Made by a program: the position numbers and the translations under genes | Shown here: positions 13,751-26,600 of the stretch, in pieces | Position numbering within the stretch: the first letter of the stretch is position 1 | How the letters are laid out: each line of letters starts with the position of its first letter | Assembly (NCBI GenBank): GCA_965112735.1 | Contig: OZ218960.1 | Span: forward strand, 2,356,001 to 2,420,000 | Source of the DNA: Phaeosaccion multiseriatum | Taxonomy: Eukaryota; Protista; Ochrophyta, other classes | DNA length: 64,000 nucleotides | Direction: 5' to 3' | Notes under the pieces: model-generated | Database searches by the model: none | Seen by the model: only the letters and a program-made list of their open reading frames with translations | Told to the model about the DNA's origin: nothing

Positions 13751-14593
13751 ACTCAGCCAGTCAGTCAGTCAGTCCGTCAGTCACTCAAGCCGGTCAGTCA
13801 GTCAGTCGGTCAGTCAGTCAGTCAGTCAGTTCGTCAGTCAGTTCGTCAGTCAGCCAGTGGTGTGCGACAAGGGGAAAGAGTAGTTGGCCATTCATTGATT
13901 GTTCGTGCTGCGCTCTTTCGCTCGCCTCATCCTCCCGCCTTCCCTCCCTCCTTCCCTCCCTCCCCCTCCACCTCCTTACCTCCCTCCCTCCCTCCCTCCC
14001 CCGCCCCCCACCTCCCTCCCTACCCCAGCCCGGCCTGTGAAGGGCATCGCTCTGTGTGATTTAGTGTCTCCCTTCTGTAACGGCTTGCAGGGCTTGGACA
14101 CGGCCCCGGACAAGCTCGACGCGGCCCTGGAGCAGCTGCGTGAGCAAGTGTCAAGCTTCACCAGCAGCGACTCCGTCCCAACCTTCGATGTTCTCTTTGC
14201 CGCCCCCCTTGACTTGGCTTGTGCCGCCGTGTCCACAGGTAACAAAGTTCAAGGGGCGAGAGTGTGAGAGGGCAAAGGCAAGGGCAAAGGCAGGGTCCCA
14301 ATGTTGTGTGGTTTTTTTGTTCGTTGTCCGTCCGTACCATGCGTTGCTTCCTTCGCTCACCCCCCCCCCCCCTCCCCGCCAACAACACGTACAACACACT
14401 CTACCAGGCACCCCTGAGGAGGAACTGACACAGGAGGTGGTGGTGATGAAGTACCAACAAGCATCTGTGGGCTTCATCCTCTTGGCCCGTGCCCTGCTCG
14501 ACAACCCTCTTGAGGCCATGACGAGGGCGTTTTACACCATCACCAGCGGAGCGCAGCCGCCCAACTCAGGCGCCGGCAACACGTGAGTAGGAA

Positions 14594-14653
<60 letters not shown>

Positions 14654-17600
14654 AGTTTGTAATAGGAATAATCTGTCGGTCAGTCTGTCTGTCAGTCAGT
14701 CAGTCAGTCACGTAGATGAGATCGACGCCACGTACCAACGGTTGACTCTTTAGGAGAAAAGAAGAAGCCGATCGGGTCAGTCGATTCGCTTATGTATCCC
14801 GTGTAATGCTTCCCGCCCCTCTACTCTCGACCAATCAATCCATTGACTCACCAATGGCAGCGACGCGTACACAAGCGTCACCTCGGCCGTCTCGTCTGTG
14901 GTGCCCATGTCAAGAACGATGGCAATGGAGGTAAGGCCTGGCTGGTGGTGCTGCTTGCCTTCCCTCTCCCTTCAACTCTCGCTCCCCGTCCCACTCACGG
15001 CCCACAAACCTGCGTTTGCATGCGTTTCCATCGGCATTGTTGCCGTCTTGCCCCCCCCCCCCCCCCTTCTTCCCTTCCCTTCTCTTCTCTTCTCTTCTCT
15101 TCCCCCTCCCAGGTGATTGGCACTCTCGAAGTGGCGCAGTTGGACCTGCCCCTCACCCCGACGCCATCCACCTCCTCCCCTGACAGCCCGTCCTGGGCCA
15201 CCATCGCTGACAAGTGCGCCTTCTGGCTACACACTTGGTTCACCTCCATAGCGGCCCGAGGAGGCGAGAATTACTTTAGCGAGGTAGCGTCCGACGCCTC
15301 GGGGGTTGACTTTGCCCTCGTGCTTCGCCGGGTGCCTTGCAAGCCGACGCACGACGTTACGGGGACCAGACGAGCAGTGGAAGCAGCAGCAGCAGCAGCA
15401 GCAGCAGGGGGAGGGAGCTCGAACTGGTCTTCGGTGGTGGGTCGGTTGGATGAAAAGGTTCGTCTGAGCAGCGTGGCGACGGAGTCGTGCGTAAGGAGCA
15501 GCATCAGCAGCAACACCACGGCTCTGCTCGTTCCGGACGGCTTTGAGCTGATCACCGCCACCGCGCTGACCCCTCACGCCGTGGTGGGCTACCGCAGCGG
15601 GGGTGGCGGGGCTACCGTTGCCGGCGTGCTGGCGGCTTCCTCGTATGGCGGCGGCAGTGACCGCGCCATGGTGCCCTCCCAGCTACTGCACGACGTCGAA
15701 GACAACAAGAACGACAAGGCCTATCACGGGGTACTGGCGGCCACCTTGCCGTCGGCAGTGGCCTGCATTACCCAACTCTCTTCCCTTGGCTCCTGGTACG
15801 GCTTCTTGTCGCCACCATCCTCCTCCTCCTCCTCCTCCTGCTACCGCATCGTGGTGCTGGACAGCGAGTCCGTGCTCGGCAAGATGGCATGCTCTGCCCT
15901 GTCAAAGTTCGTGCCCGGTGCAGAGGAGGCGGTGGTCGGGGTGCCGGTGGGCAAGGGGGGGGCGGGCATGGAGGTGTTGACCTCCTCGCTTTTGGCGTCC
16001 AGCGAGGTAGCTGCCGTTGTCGTGGCGTACAATGATGGTGGTGATGGTGTTGGTGATAGCAACTCCACGCGCGTGCTGGAGCAAGCGGTGCTTGACAAGC
16101 TGATTGACGTTGGGCGGGTCATCTTCCTCACGCCCTGTGGCGATGGCGACGACGCTGCTGGAGTGTCCTGTGCTGTTCGCCGAGTGGTGAAGCACACGCA
16201 GTCCGTCATCAACTTCCCCGGTCACTCCTGCTACGCCGCCACTCCCTCGGTGATGAAGGCCGCGTTACGCCTAGTGGCGGAGGTCCACTCTGCCGGCCGC
16301 TTGACTAGCGTGGCGTTGCCCTCGGCACCAGCAGCAGCAGCATCAGGACGAGCAGAGTTACCACCACCACCGCCGCCAGCCCTTGGTGATACCGCAGCAG
16401 TTGGTGATACAGCAGCAGCAGCGGTGACCAAGAGCAGCCCTTGGCCGTGTCTCCACCCCTTCCTGCCCCCCGGCCAATGGCCCAGTGACAAGACATACCT
16501 CTTCCTCGGTGGCACCAAGGGCTTCGGTTTCACCACCGCCACCCTCATGGCCCGTGGCGGTGCCAAACACTTCATCCTCGCCTCTCGGAAACCCCCCACG
16601 GGACCGGAGGCGCAGCCCATCTTGGAGCTTCGCCGGGCCGTCGCTGCGGCTTCTGAGGGGGGCGGAGGAGGAGGAGGAGGAGGAGGGACTGTCGATGTTG
16701 TGTCGGTGGACATTACCCGCTGGGAAGACTTTGAAGAACGCCTCTTGCCTCTGCTGAAGTGCCGCCCTCCTCTCGGCGGGGTGATGTGCACGGCCATGGT
16801 TCTGGAGGACCTGGTGCTGCCCAATCTGTACTTGGACAAGCTCTGGTCCACCAGCGCACCCAAGGTGAGTGTGTGAGTGAGTGTGTGAGTGAGTGAGTGA
16901 GTGACGTGAGTTGCGTAAGGGGTCATGTTACAGGGTGAAGGCCTGGTGTCAGTCAGTCGCTGGTAAGCTAGTTCTTAGTGTAAGTTAGTTGGTCAGTGTT
17001 AGTCTATGCTTTTATGTGAAAGGCTGGGGAGCCATCGGTTGGCGGTCAGTGGTGTGTATACGTATATGGGTGAGAGAGAGAGAGAAAGAGGGAGGGGCTC
17101 TACCTTACCGCGTACCTTGTGTACAGTACGCCTAAACGAAAAAGCAATCCGCTAACCACCAACCACCCCCCCCCCCCGACCTCTTCATACCCTACCCATG
17201 TACCTACCTCTTCACTACATACAAACATACCCTACCCATGTACCTACCTCTTCACTACATACAAACATACCCTACCCATGTACCTACCTCTTCACTACAT
17301 ACAAACATACCCTACCCATGTACCTACCTCTTCACTACATACAAACATACCCTACCCATGTACCTATCTCTTGACTACATACAAACAACAAACACCCCCA
17401 GGTCCTCGGTACCCTCAACGTCCTCCGCCTATGCCGGATGGTGCCTCGCTCCACCTCCCTCGACTTTGTCATCTTCTTCTCCTCCATCGCCTCCATCCTC
17501 GGCAACGCAGGCCAGGCCGCCTACTCCGCCGCCAACGGTTTCATGGACTTCATGGCTCTCTCGATGCAGCGGCAAGGTATCCCGGCCCTCTCGGTCAATT

Positions 17601-18183
17601 GGGGAGCCATTGGTGATACAGGGGTGTTGTCGAGGGACAGCCGCGTCAAGGAGTTTTTGGAGAAGGGCGGATTCCACAGCATTGAGCCGGCCGATGGCTT
17701 GGCGAGTCTGGAGCTCGCGTTGGATGTGCTGCGCAACACCGACGCGGCCTTTTTGTTTAGCAAGTCATCCTTCGCCACCACCGCTGGAAGGAGTCAGGGA
17801 GGCAGCAAGTCGGCCATGTCGGGGGCCGGGCGGGTGGGCAGCTCTTCGGTGTTTTCCATCGTGGAAGAGGACGAGTTCGACGACGAAGAGGAGGGAGAGG
17901 GAGGAAGCGCTGCCCTATCTTCTGCTCATCGCCATCGTGCGGTGCTTGCCTCTGGACAGCTCATGGCGGCGTTTTTGCACCTCAATGTGTTTTGCAAGAC
18001 GCCGAATGGGAGGCTGATCGCGGAGCAGGCAAGAGGCGTGGACTACCTCAACCTCAAGGCTGAGCTCCAGAGGTAAGTCGCAAGATCTTGCTTGCTTTCT
18101 TGCTTGCTTCATTGACTGATTGACGGACTGACGGACTGACGGACTGACGGACTGAAGCTGTGCACGTGAGCTTGAGAGTTTTA

Positions 18184-18218
<35 letters not shown>

Positions 18219-20963
18219 CCTAAGAGTGGCCAGCTGCTGATGCTCTGATCGATTGGGAGATTGACTCGACTGACTGACTGACTGACTGACTGACTGACTG
18301 ACTGACTCGTAGACCGCTATGAAAGCTTGTTGGACACCCAACCAACACCCAACATACATTTCCTTCCACCCACCCACCCACCCACCCACCCACCCACCCA
18401 CGGGGGGAACCCTTCCCAGCGAGGAGGCAAGCGGTGACGGCGACAGCGGCGAAGCCGAGATCATCGCTGGCCTCGACGTTCGCAAGCAAGGCCACCTCTT
18501 GGAGCGATTCCTGCAGTACGTCACCAACCCGAGGGCACGCTCCGAGCTCGTGATTACCTACGTCAAGCGCTGTGTGGTTGTGGTGGTGGGCAATGACCCC
18601 TCTACTGTGAGCGGCATCGCGGACAGTGCGACACCCAAGGATGTAGGGCTGGACAGTCTGAGTGGACAGATGGTCGTGTCGGGTCTTACCACAGGCATGG
18701 GACAGCCTACGGAGATTTCCCTGCAGGAGTTGGTGGGGGGACAAAAGACGTTTGCAGACTTGGTACGTAATTCACTTGTTGCTTGGCTTAGCTTGGCTTA
18801 GCTTAGCTTAGCTTGAGTGGGATTGGAGTGGCTTGGGTTGGGTAGGGTTGGGTTGGGTTGGGTTGTGGGTTGGGATGGGTTGGGTTGGTTTGGTGGAGTG
18901 TGGTTGAGTGATTGAGTGGTTGGTTGCTCGATTGATTGCAAGAATTGAGTGATTGGTGGAAAGCTAACTCTCCCCCCTTTTCTCTCTCCCCCCCCCCCCC
19001 TAATCCCCTCCTCTCTTCCCCTTTCCCTCCTCCCGTCGCTCTCCCCCACCTTCCCTTCCTCTGTCTCTCCCCCTCTCCCCCCCACCCTCCCTCCCTCCCT
19101 CCCTCCCTCCCTCCCTCCCTCCCTCCCCTCTCTCCCCCTTTCTCTCTCTGCTTGATGTTCCCTGTTTAGGCGGAGCTCTACACGGCAGAGCTGGAGGATT
19201 TGCTTGCCGAGCAAGGCATTGACGTTGTCGAGGATGAGGTCAGTGAGGGAGACAGAGGCGCAGGGAGGGAGGGATAGGGAGGGAGGGAGGGAGAGAAAGG
19301 GGAAGAGAGGGAGCACGGAGATACGCCTTGTCGAACTGCTTTCACTCCCTCACTCACTCACTCACTCACTCGCTCATTTACTCTCTCCCTCACTCACTCT
19401 CTAACTCACTCTACGTACCTACCTACCTACCTACCTACCTACCTACCTCCGTACCCACCCACCCCCCTACCTACCAACGTACCTACCTACCTATATACCT
19501 ACCTGCCTGCCTGCCTGCCTGCCTGCCTACCCACCCTTCTTCCCCCCTCCTTCCTACCTACTTACCTACCTATCCATCTACCTACCCACCTACCTACTCA
19601 CCTACCTCATAGGATGAGGACGGAAACGGAGCAGACGGCCCCGCTGCCAAGAAGACCATGTCTGTCAGCCCATTGCTCCCCCTGGGGCAACGCATCGAGC
19701 TTCCCCTCTGCCTCGACAAGGAGAGCAAGACTCTCACCGCCGTAGACGGCGTGGACGGGCTCGATGCCTTGTTCATACCGCAGAGTGGCGAACGTCTTGT
19801 GGTCGGAATGTTCGTCGTGCCGAGCTTTGGGGAAGGGGATGTCGTGGCCCAGGGAAGGTCGGCGGCATTGACCTCCATGTGCTTGTCGGCGGTTACGGCC
19901 AAGGTGAGCGAGAGACTTTTGGTTGGGGCAGGAGGAGTGAGGGAGGATTGGGAGAAGGAGCATTGGCGACCATTGGTGAGGATTGGTGAGGATTGACATT
20001 TGTCGGAAGTATAGCGTGAGCGTGCGCGCGTGTGTGTGCATGCACTTGGGGCTGTTTGCGGGTGGGGTCACAAATTATCTGACCCATACTCACACCACTT
20101 TCACACCACTTTTCATTGATGGGCTTCACCCCACCACACACACACACACACACACAGGTGCCCTTCCCCATCATCACCGTCCGTCCCGTTGCTGGCAGCA
20201 ACAGCAGCAACAAGAAATTTACGGGACAGGACATGCTCCCGAGCATCGTCACCAAGATTGTGGAGTACGCGAAGGGCGTGATTGAGGACGACCAGCACGA
20301 GACGCTTTCCATCGTGCTCATGGGGTACTCGGTGGGAGCGGCGCTCTCTCTCCAAGTGGCCAATCGCCTCGCTTCTCAGTACACCAATCTGCCTTTCCTC
20401 ATCCGGGTCAAGGGCGTGGTGCTCATCGACCCTCTGGTGTTGCAGCCTTCAGCAGCCCAGACCAGCAGCAAAAACAGCGTCCTGGCCAGGCTCAGGGGCC
20501 GAGGAGGAGGAGAAGGAGGGAAGGGTATCGTGGGAGTGGGCCAGCGCTATGCTGCCAAGTTCGCCGAGGCTGAAGCCCGACGCTCCAGCCACCTCGCTAC
20601 CGCCTTCCGCCTCCTGTTGGAGAAGAGGCTCTCCCCAGGGGTGGACTCGCCCGCCCTCGGAGTCGCTGTGCAGATGGTGGCAGCCGACGGTCTCACACCG
20701 GCAGCGGTGACGGCCTTGGCAGGGGCGCTGGGTAGCAACACTTCCTCCAAGGAGGTGATGGAGAAGTTCGAGGCGGGTGTGGAGTACACGCACGCACTCA
20801 CACGCATGATGAACTCCTTTGATGGGGCGAGCTTCCAAGTGGCCAAGGAGGGGCGGGAGGCGATCGCTGTACATGCGCTCTTCCCCTCGGACACGTGCAT
20901 GTCACCTTACGTGCCCTCCATTCTACCCGACTTGGAGGTAATGTGTGTGTGTGTGTGTGTGTG

Positions 20964-20994
<31 letters not shown>

Positions 20995-21237
20995 AGGCGT
21001 GTTGGTTTCCTAACGACTCCATTTCCCCATCCCACCCACCCCACCTTTCCTCTCATCTCTCATCAGGCTCGCACCAAGGGCCTGCGGCGCCTGCTGGGCT
21101 ACTCCACGAAGCAGGCGGAGGAGTGGATGTCAGTGGAGGAGGTATCGGCGTGCAATCACGTCACTGTGCTCTCCTCCGCCAACGCTGCACTGGGCGTTTT
21201 CCGATCCAGCAGCGCGTGCTTTCGAAGCACCGTTTGA
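2712..21237 (+). CDS. Single-module (likely iterative) type I polyketide synthase, KS-AT-DH-psiKR-psiER-KR-ACP-TE, 32 exons, ~3,207 aa
   Basis: Exons 2712-3030, 3265-3419, 3702-3884, 4004-4122, 4350-4434, 4895-5000, 5217-5448, 5611-5644, 5929-6023, 6191-6281, 6666-6793, 7044-7291, 7775-8030, 8275-8588, 8891-9088, 9341-9612, 9988-10243, 10673-10893, 11111-12274, 12557-12814, 12965-13223, 13524-13622, 14029-14238, 14408-14582, 14861-14930, 15113-16864, 17402-18072, 18420-18762, 19170-19238, 19613-19903, 20158-20937, 21067-21237. All introns GT-AG and phase-compatible; total 9,624 nt. KS: EPIAIVGMA, DTACSS, EMHGTGT, KSNINHTE, NSFGYGGSN. AT: FSGQGSQW, GHSLG, AFHS. DH: HELLG, DHVVMGFGAILPGA, HPTVLDVAFQ. 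KR: GGTKGFG, VLED, GQAAYSAAN. ACP: GLDSL. TE: GYSVG and C-terminal NH. Confidence 0.96.
17186..17386. repeat. ~40-bp minisatellite (CATACCCTACCCATGTACCTACCTCTTCACTACATACAAA), about 5 copies, in a PKS intron
   Basis: Tandem copies directly visible immediately upstream of the acceptor at 17401. Confidence 0.9.
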
Positions 21238-21982
21238 ACATTTGCAGTGGTAAAGCAAAAGTAAAGTAAAGTAAAGTAAAGTAAAGGAAAAGAAGGGGGA
21301 GACTAGTAAAAGCTTCAGTATGGTTTGGTTGACCTTGGCAAGCCCCTGCTGCAATTTCACTCACGGGTTGGTACAAGTTCGAAGCAGTGCTTCATTTCTT
21401 TTAAGTGAATGTAGAGTTAGGATTAATGGGTATCGAAGCCACTGCGGCCCGTCCCGTATTTTCTTTAGTCAAGAGGAGGGGCGGAATGCTCTTCCATTTT
21501 TTTTATTGTTGCGTTGTTGAAAGCAAACACGCGACAAGTACAGTAGCAGCAGAGTGTGCGTTTTACACACCATCAGGGTGTGCCAACCTGTGAGCATCCT
21601 TCAATGCAAGAAGGCATGAAAAGCTTCTTTTCTGTAGTATAATACAAAAAAAATTCCTCGACCCCTTTCTTCCCCTTCCCTCCCCTTCCGTTCCCTCCCC
21701 AGCATCCTTCTTTTGCCTCCAGCCTCTCAGTGTCTCAGTGTGAGCCAGTCAAGTGCTCAACGAACGGTTGTGCCCACATCGCCAAATCGCCATGGGCCCT
21801 CCTCTCCCTCAAGTCATATACCCATACACCCGTATCAAGCTTAGCTGAGCTTAGCCCACAGTGTCAGCCACTCAGCCAAACACTTTAGTGCCTTTGCCAG
21901 TGCTCCAGGGGGGCCTAGGCAGGAGCGCTCTCTCCAGGCAACACTCACGTAACACTCACGTAAGGCTTACGGAAGGCTCGCG

Positions 21983-22754
21983 TCACATGCCAAGCTTCGA
22001 GGCGAGGTCTTTCTCGGCAACGAAGAGCGCGTGAAAGCCGAGAGGAACCCTGCGAGGAAGAGGGAAGGGGGGTGGAGAGAGCGTGAGAGAGAGAGGGGGG
22101 GGGGGGGGGAGGGGGGGGAGAAAGAGAAGGAAAGAGAGAAGATAGGGAGGGAGGGAGAGCGAAAGAGAGAAGAGGTAGGGCCCAGCGCCCCAAGTAGCAG
22201 TAGCGAGGTGTGGTGCTCGTCCTCCCACCCCCCTGTCGCTCTCTCTCTCTCTCTTCGTCAATAAACCTTGCCAGAAGAAGCAGCCCAGCTAGGCAGGGTG
22301 GCCTGCTCTTGCTCTTGTCGCACCAAGATACATACATACATACATACATGCACACATACACATACATACATACATACATACACACATACTCACATATATA
22401 CACATACATACATACACAAATACACAAATACATACATACATACATACATACATACATACATACACACACATACGTACTTTTGTGGGATCTTGACCCTGGC
22501 CAAGGGCTCGGCAGCCATGGTCTTGGCATCATACACGATCATCTCTGAGTCGGGCCCGTTCCTGCTGGTGAGGAAGGTGGCGAGGAAGCCGTCGTCCTCC
22601 GACTTGGGCGTCTCGTTGGGGATGAACACGCACTGCATGGGTGGTAGCGAGTCGAGGGCGGCAGAGAGACACATCGACAGACAGTAGGATACGGGCGGAC
22701 GGATGGACACAAAGACGGGACAGATAGACACATAGACAGATAGATAGACAGACG

Positions 22755-22785
<31 letters not shown>

Positions 22786-22841
22786 AGATAGCCAGACAGA
22801 CAGACAGACAGACAGACAGGCAGACAGACAGAAAGACAGAC

Positions 22842-22924
<83 letters not shown>

Positions 22925-22929
22925 TAGCC

Positions 22930-22966
<37 letters not shown>

Positions 22967-22985
22967 GGCAGACAGGCAGACAGAC

Positions 22986-23024
<39 letters not shown>

Positions 23025-23540
23025 GAGACGGACAGACAGACAGACAGACAGGCACACAGACAAAAAGAGAGAGAGAGAGCGAGAGGGACAGGCAGAAGAG
23101 AGGAAGAGGGTTAAGACGAGGAGGCTACTTCCATACCACACGAGCTGCACGATGCCTGTGTCGCCAACTGTGTATGTATCGCCAACTGTATATGCTGTAA
23201 ACGTTCGCTCTTCCCAGCAGTAACGCCAGGTGAGTGCACTCACCTCACCGCCCTTGAGTCCATCGGGGTGATAGATCTTGCCCACCGTCGCCGCTGGTGC
23301 ATCCGTGCATGTTGTATCCACCTACACATACGGTAGGGAGGGATGGAGGAAGAGGAGGTAGAGGAGGAGGAGGAGGAGGAGGAGGAGGAGGAGGTAGGAT
23401 GAGGATGTAAACACATACATGTACACACACTCCTAATGTCCATATCATGACACAGTCCCGCCACACCACTGCTATTTGTACTGCTGTAATAACACACACC
23501 TGTGCTAGTCAGATTGCACTTCAGCCTGCCTGCTCACCTT

Positions 23541-23612
<72 letters not shown>

Positions 23613-26600
23613 TTTGTCTCTTCCCCTCTCAGTCTTTCGCTCTCTCTCTGTCTCTCTCTCTCCCTCTCTCTCTGTCTGTCTCTCTCTCGTCTCTTTCTCT
23701 CGTCCCCTCTCACTCTTTCGCTCTCTCTCGCTCTGTCTCCCTCTCTATCTTATCTTTCTCACACTCCCCCTCTCTTCCTTTCTCTCTCTCTCCTCACTTT
23801 GATGACTCCCTCGCACTCGTTGTTGATGTCGAACATGGCGCAATACACGTAGCGATGGAGCCGTCCGACGAGCGAAGACCTTCAAGAGGGGGGGAGCATG
23901 AGCGAAGAAGGGGTGAGGCGAGGGGAGGGAAAGAGACACACAAACAGAGAGAGAGGGAGCGAGAGAGAGAGAGAGAGGGAAGGAGGGAAAGAGGGTGGTG
24001 GATTTCACGATAGCTTGGTAGGCCACTTGCCCCCTCCCTCCCTCCCTCCCTCCCTCATACAACTCACTCGATGTTGGGGAACTCAAGGCCGCCTTCGCAC
24101 GGCAGCTCCACCATCGGGCGGCACGTCACCGCGGAGGTGCTCAGATTGATCGTGTAGTGGTACAGCAGAGGGCGGTTCTCGGGGGACACCTGAGGTACCA
24201 GCAGCAGCAGCAGTTGGTGGTACAGCAGCAGCAGCAGCAGCAGTAGCAGCGGCCGTAGTAGTAGCAACAGCAGCAGTAGCAGTAGCGGCAGTAGTCACAA
24301 GTCAGTAACTCATCAACAGCGCGTTGTTGTGTGAGGTCAAAGTGATGGGGTGAATGCGCGAGTGAGTGAGAAAGGGGCAGAGAGACGGAGGGAGGGAAGG
24401 AAGGAGGGCGTGGATTGGAGAGTAATGCAGGTGAGTGAGTGGGCGAGTGAGTGTCAAGAGCAAGGCAGTTACGACAGTGACGGCAGTTACGGCAGTTACC
24501 GTAACGCACCTCCTCGGCCATCATGTCGAGGTCCATAGAGGGGGCCTGGCACAGCTGGATGTGCAGCAGCTCCTTTGAAGCAGGGTCCCGCCAAGCGTTG
24601 GCTGAGAGAGAGGAAAGGGGGCGGAGAAGGGGAGGGGGGGAGGGTGGGAGGGAGGGAGGGACGGAGAGAGGGGAAGGAAGATGTATGAGCAAAAGGCCTC
24701 TCTGGTGAATGTATATGTCAGAAAACCCTATGACAGTTTCACTCACTCACTCCAGCCCTCGTTCCCTCCCTCTACACGTTAGGTACATACACACATAGTA
24801 CACATCTCTTTGGGCAGACCGGCAGACTCGCAGACAGGCCGGTAGATAAGCAGGCAGGTAGGCAGGCAGGCAGGCAGGCAGGTAGGCAGGTAGGCAGCAC
24901 GCGCTAAGCCAGTAAGTCAGTGAGCCAGTAAGTCAGTAAGCCGGTAAGTCAGTAAGTCAGTAAGTCAGCAAGCCAGTAAGTCAGTAAGTCAGTACCTTGG
25001 TGGAAGGCGAAGACAGCCTCTGGGAGGGAGAACCATCGGATGCCAGAGGCGGAGGTTGCATCCAAGGGCAGCACTCCGAATCTGACCACACCATTATGTT
25101 GCACATACACACAGGGAGGGAGGGAGGGAGGGAGGGAGGGGAGAGAGGGAGGGAGGGAGGGAGGGGGGGGGGAGGGAGGGAAGGAGGGAGGGAAGGAGGG
25201 AGGAAGGAAGGACGGAGGGAGGGAGAGGAGGAGGGAGGGAGGGGAGGGAAGGAGGGAGAGGAGGAGGGAGGGAGGGGAGGGAAGGAGGGAGGGGAGGAGG
25301 GAGGGAGGGGAGGGAAGGAGGGAGGGGAGGAGGGAGGGAGGGGAGGGAAGGAGGGAGGGGAGGAGGGAGGGAGGGAGGGAGGGAGGGAGGGGAGGGAAGG
25401 AGGGGAGGGAGGGGAGGAGGACAGAGTCATGCACATCAGGTGAGTCATGCAAGAGTAGTGAGAGAAGGAGGAGGAGGAGGAGGCGGAGGAGGAAGGGGGG
25501 GGTTGAGGAGGAGGAGGAGGAGGAGGAGGAGGAGGAGGAGGAGGAGGAGGGGAGGGGTTGGGGGAAGGTGAGGGAGGGACGAGGGAAGAGAAGCTCCTTG
25601 AACCTTCTTCTCACCCACCTTGCTCCTGCCTCCTTTTGGAAGACGAAGGGCATCTTGTTTGTCTTGGCCATGTGTTCCACTGAGAAGACAAGGGGGAAGT
25701 CGAAGAAGATGGCGTAGCCTGCGCTCCCCTCACCTCCAGCGGCCTACAGGAAAGCCAACATAGAGTATAAGGAAGGAAGGCATAGAGACGGAGGTGTTGT
25801 CGGTGGGGTGGGTTGAGGTGGGTTGAGGTGGGTGGGTGGGTGGGTGGGTGGGTGAGTGAGTGAGTGAGTGAGTGGAGTGGGTGGGTGACTTAACACTGCC
25901 CCGAGATGACTCAAGTCCTCGGGGGCATCGCTTCGCGGTGACAAGATCATCCACTTGAGAAGGAGTGCATTTCCAGACAGAACCCCACACACGCAGTCTC
26001 TCTCAACATCATTTGCGTGACTGAGCGACTGAGTGACTGAGTAACTGAGTAACTGAGTAACTGAGTGACTGAGTGACTGAGTGACTGACTAACTGAGTGA
26101 CTGACTAACTGAGTGACTGACTAACTGAGTGACTGAGTGACTGAGTGACTGACTAACTGAGTGACTGACTAACTGAGTAACTGAGTGACTGAGTGACTGA
26201 CTAATTGAGTGACTGACTAACTGAGTGACTGACTAACTGAGTGACTGAGTGACTGAGTGACTGAGTAACTGAGTAACTGAGTGACTGAGTGACTGAGTGA
26301 CTGAGTGACTGAGTGACTGAGTGACTGAGTGACTGAGTGACTGAGTAACTGAGTAACTGAGTGACTGAGTAACTGAGTGACTGACTGACTGAGTGACTGA
26401 GTAACTGAGTGACTGAGTGACTGAGTGACTGAGTAACTGAGTGACTGAGTGACTGAGTAACTGAGTGACTGACTAACTGAGTGACTGACTAACTGAGTGA
26501 CTGAGTAACTGAGTAACTGACTAACTGAGTGACTGACTAACTGAGTGACTGTTTAACTGAGTGACTGAGTAACTGAGTAACTGACTAACTGAGTGACTGA

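Noticed and set aside
12557-14930. Possible C-methyltransferase domain after the DH
   Set aside because: No ExGxGxG SAM-binding motif seen; the region reads as DH C-terminus, linker and structural KR subdomain.
2712-21237. PKS as several separate genes, a pseudogene or bacterial contamination
   Set aside because: 31 GT-AG introns join all exons in one frame without stops, and intron style matches neighbouring housekeeping genes.
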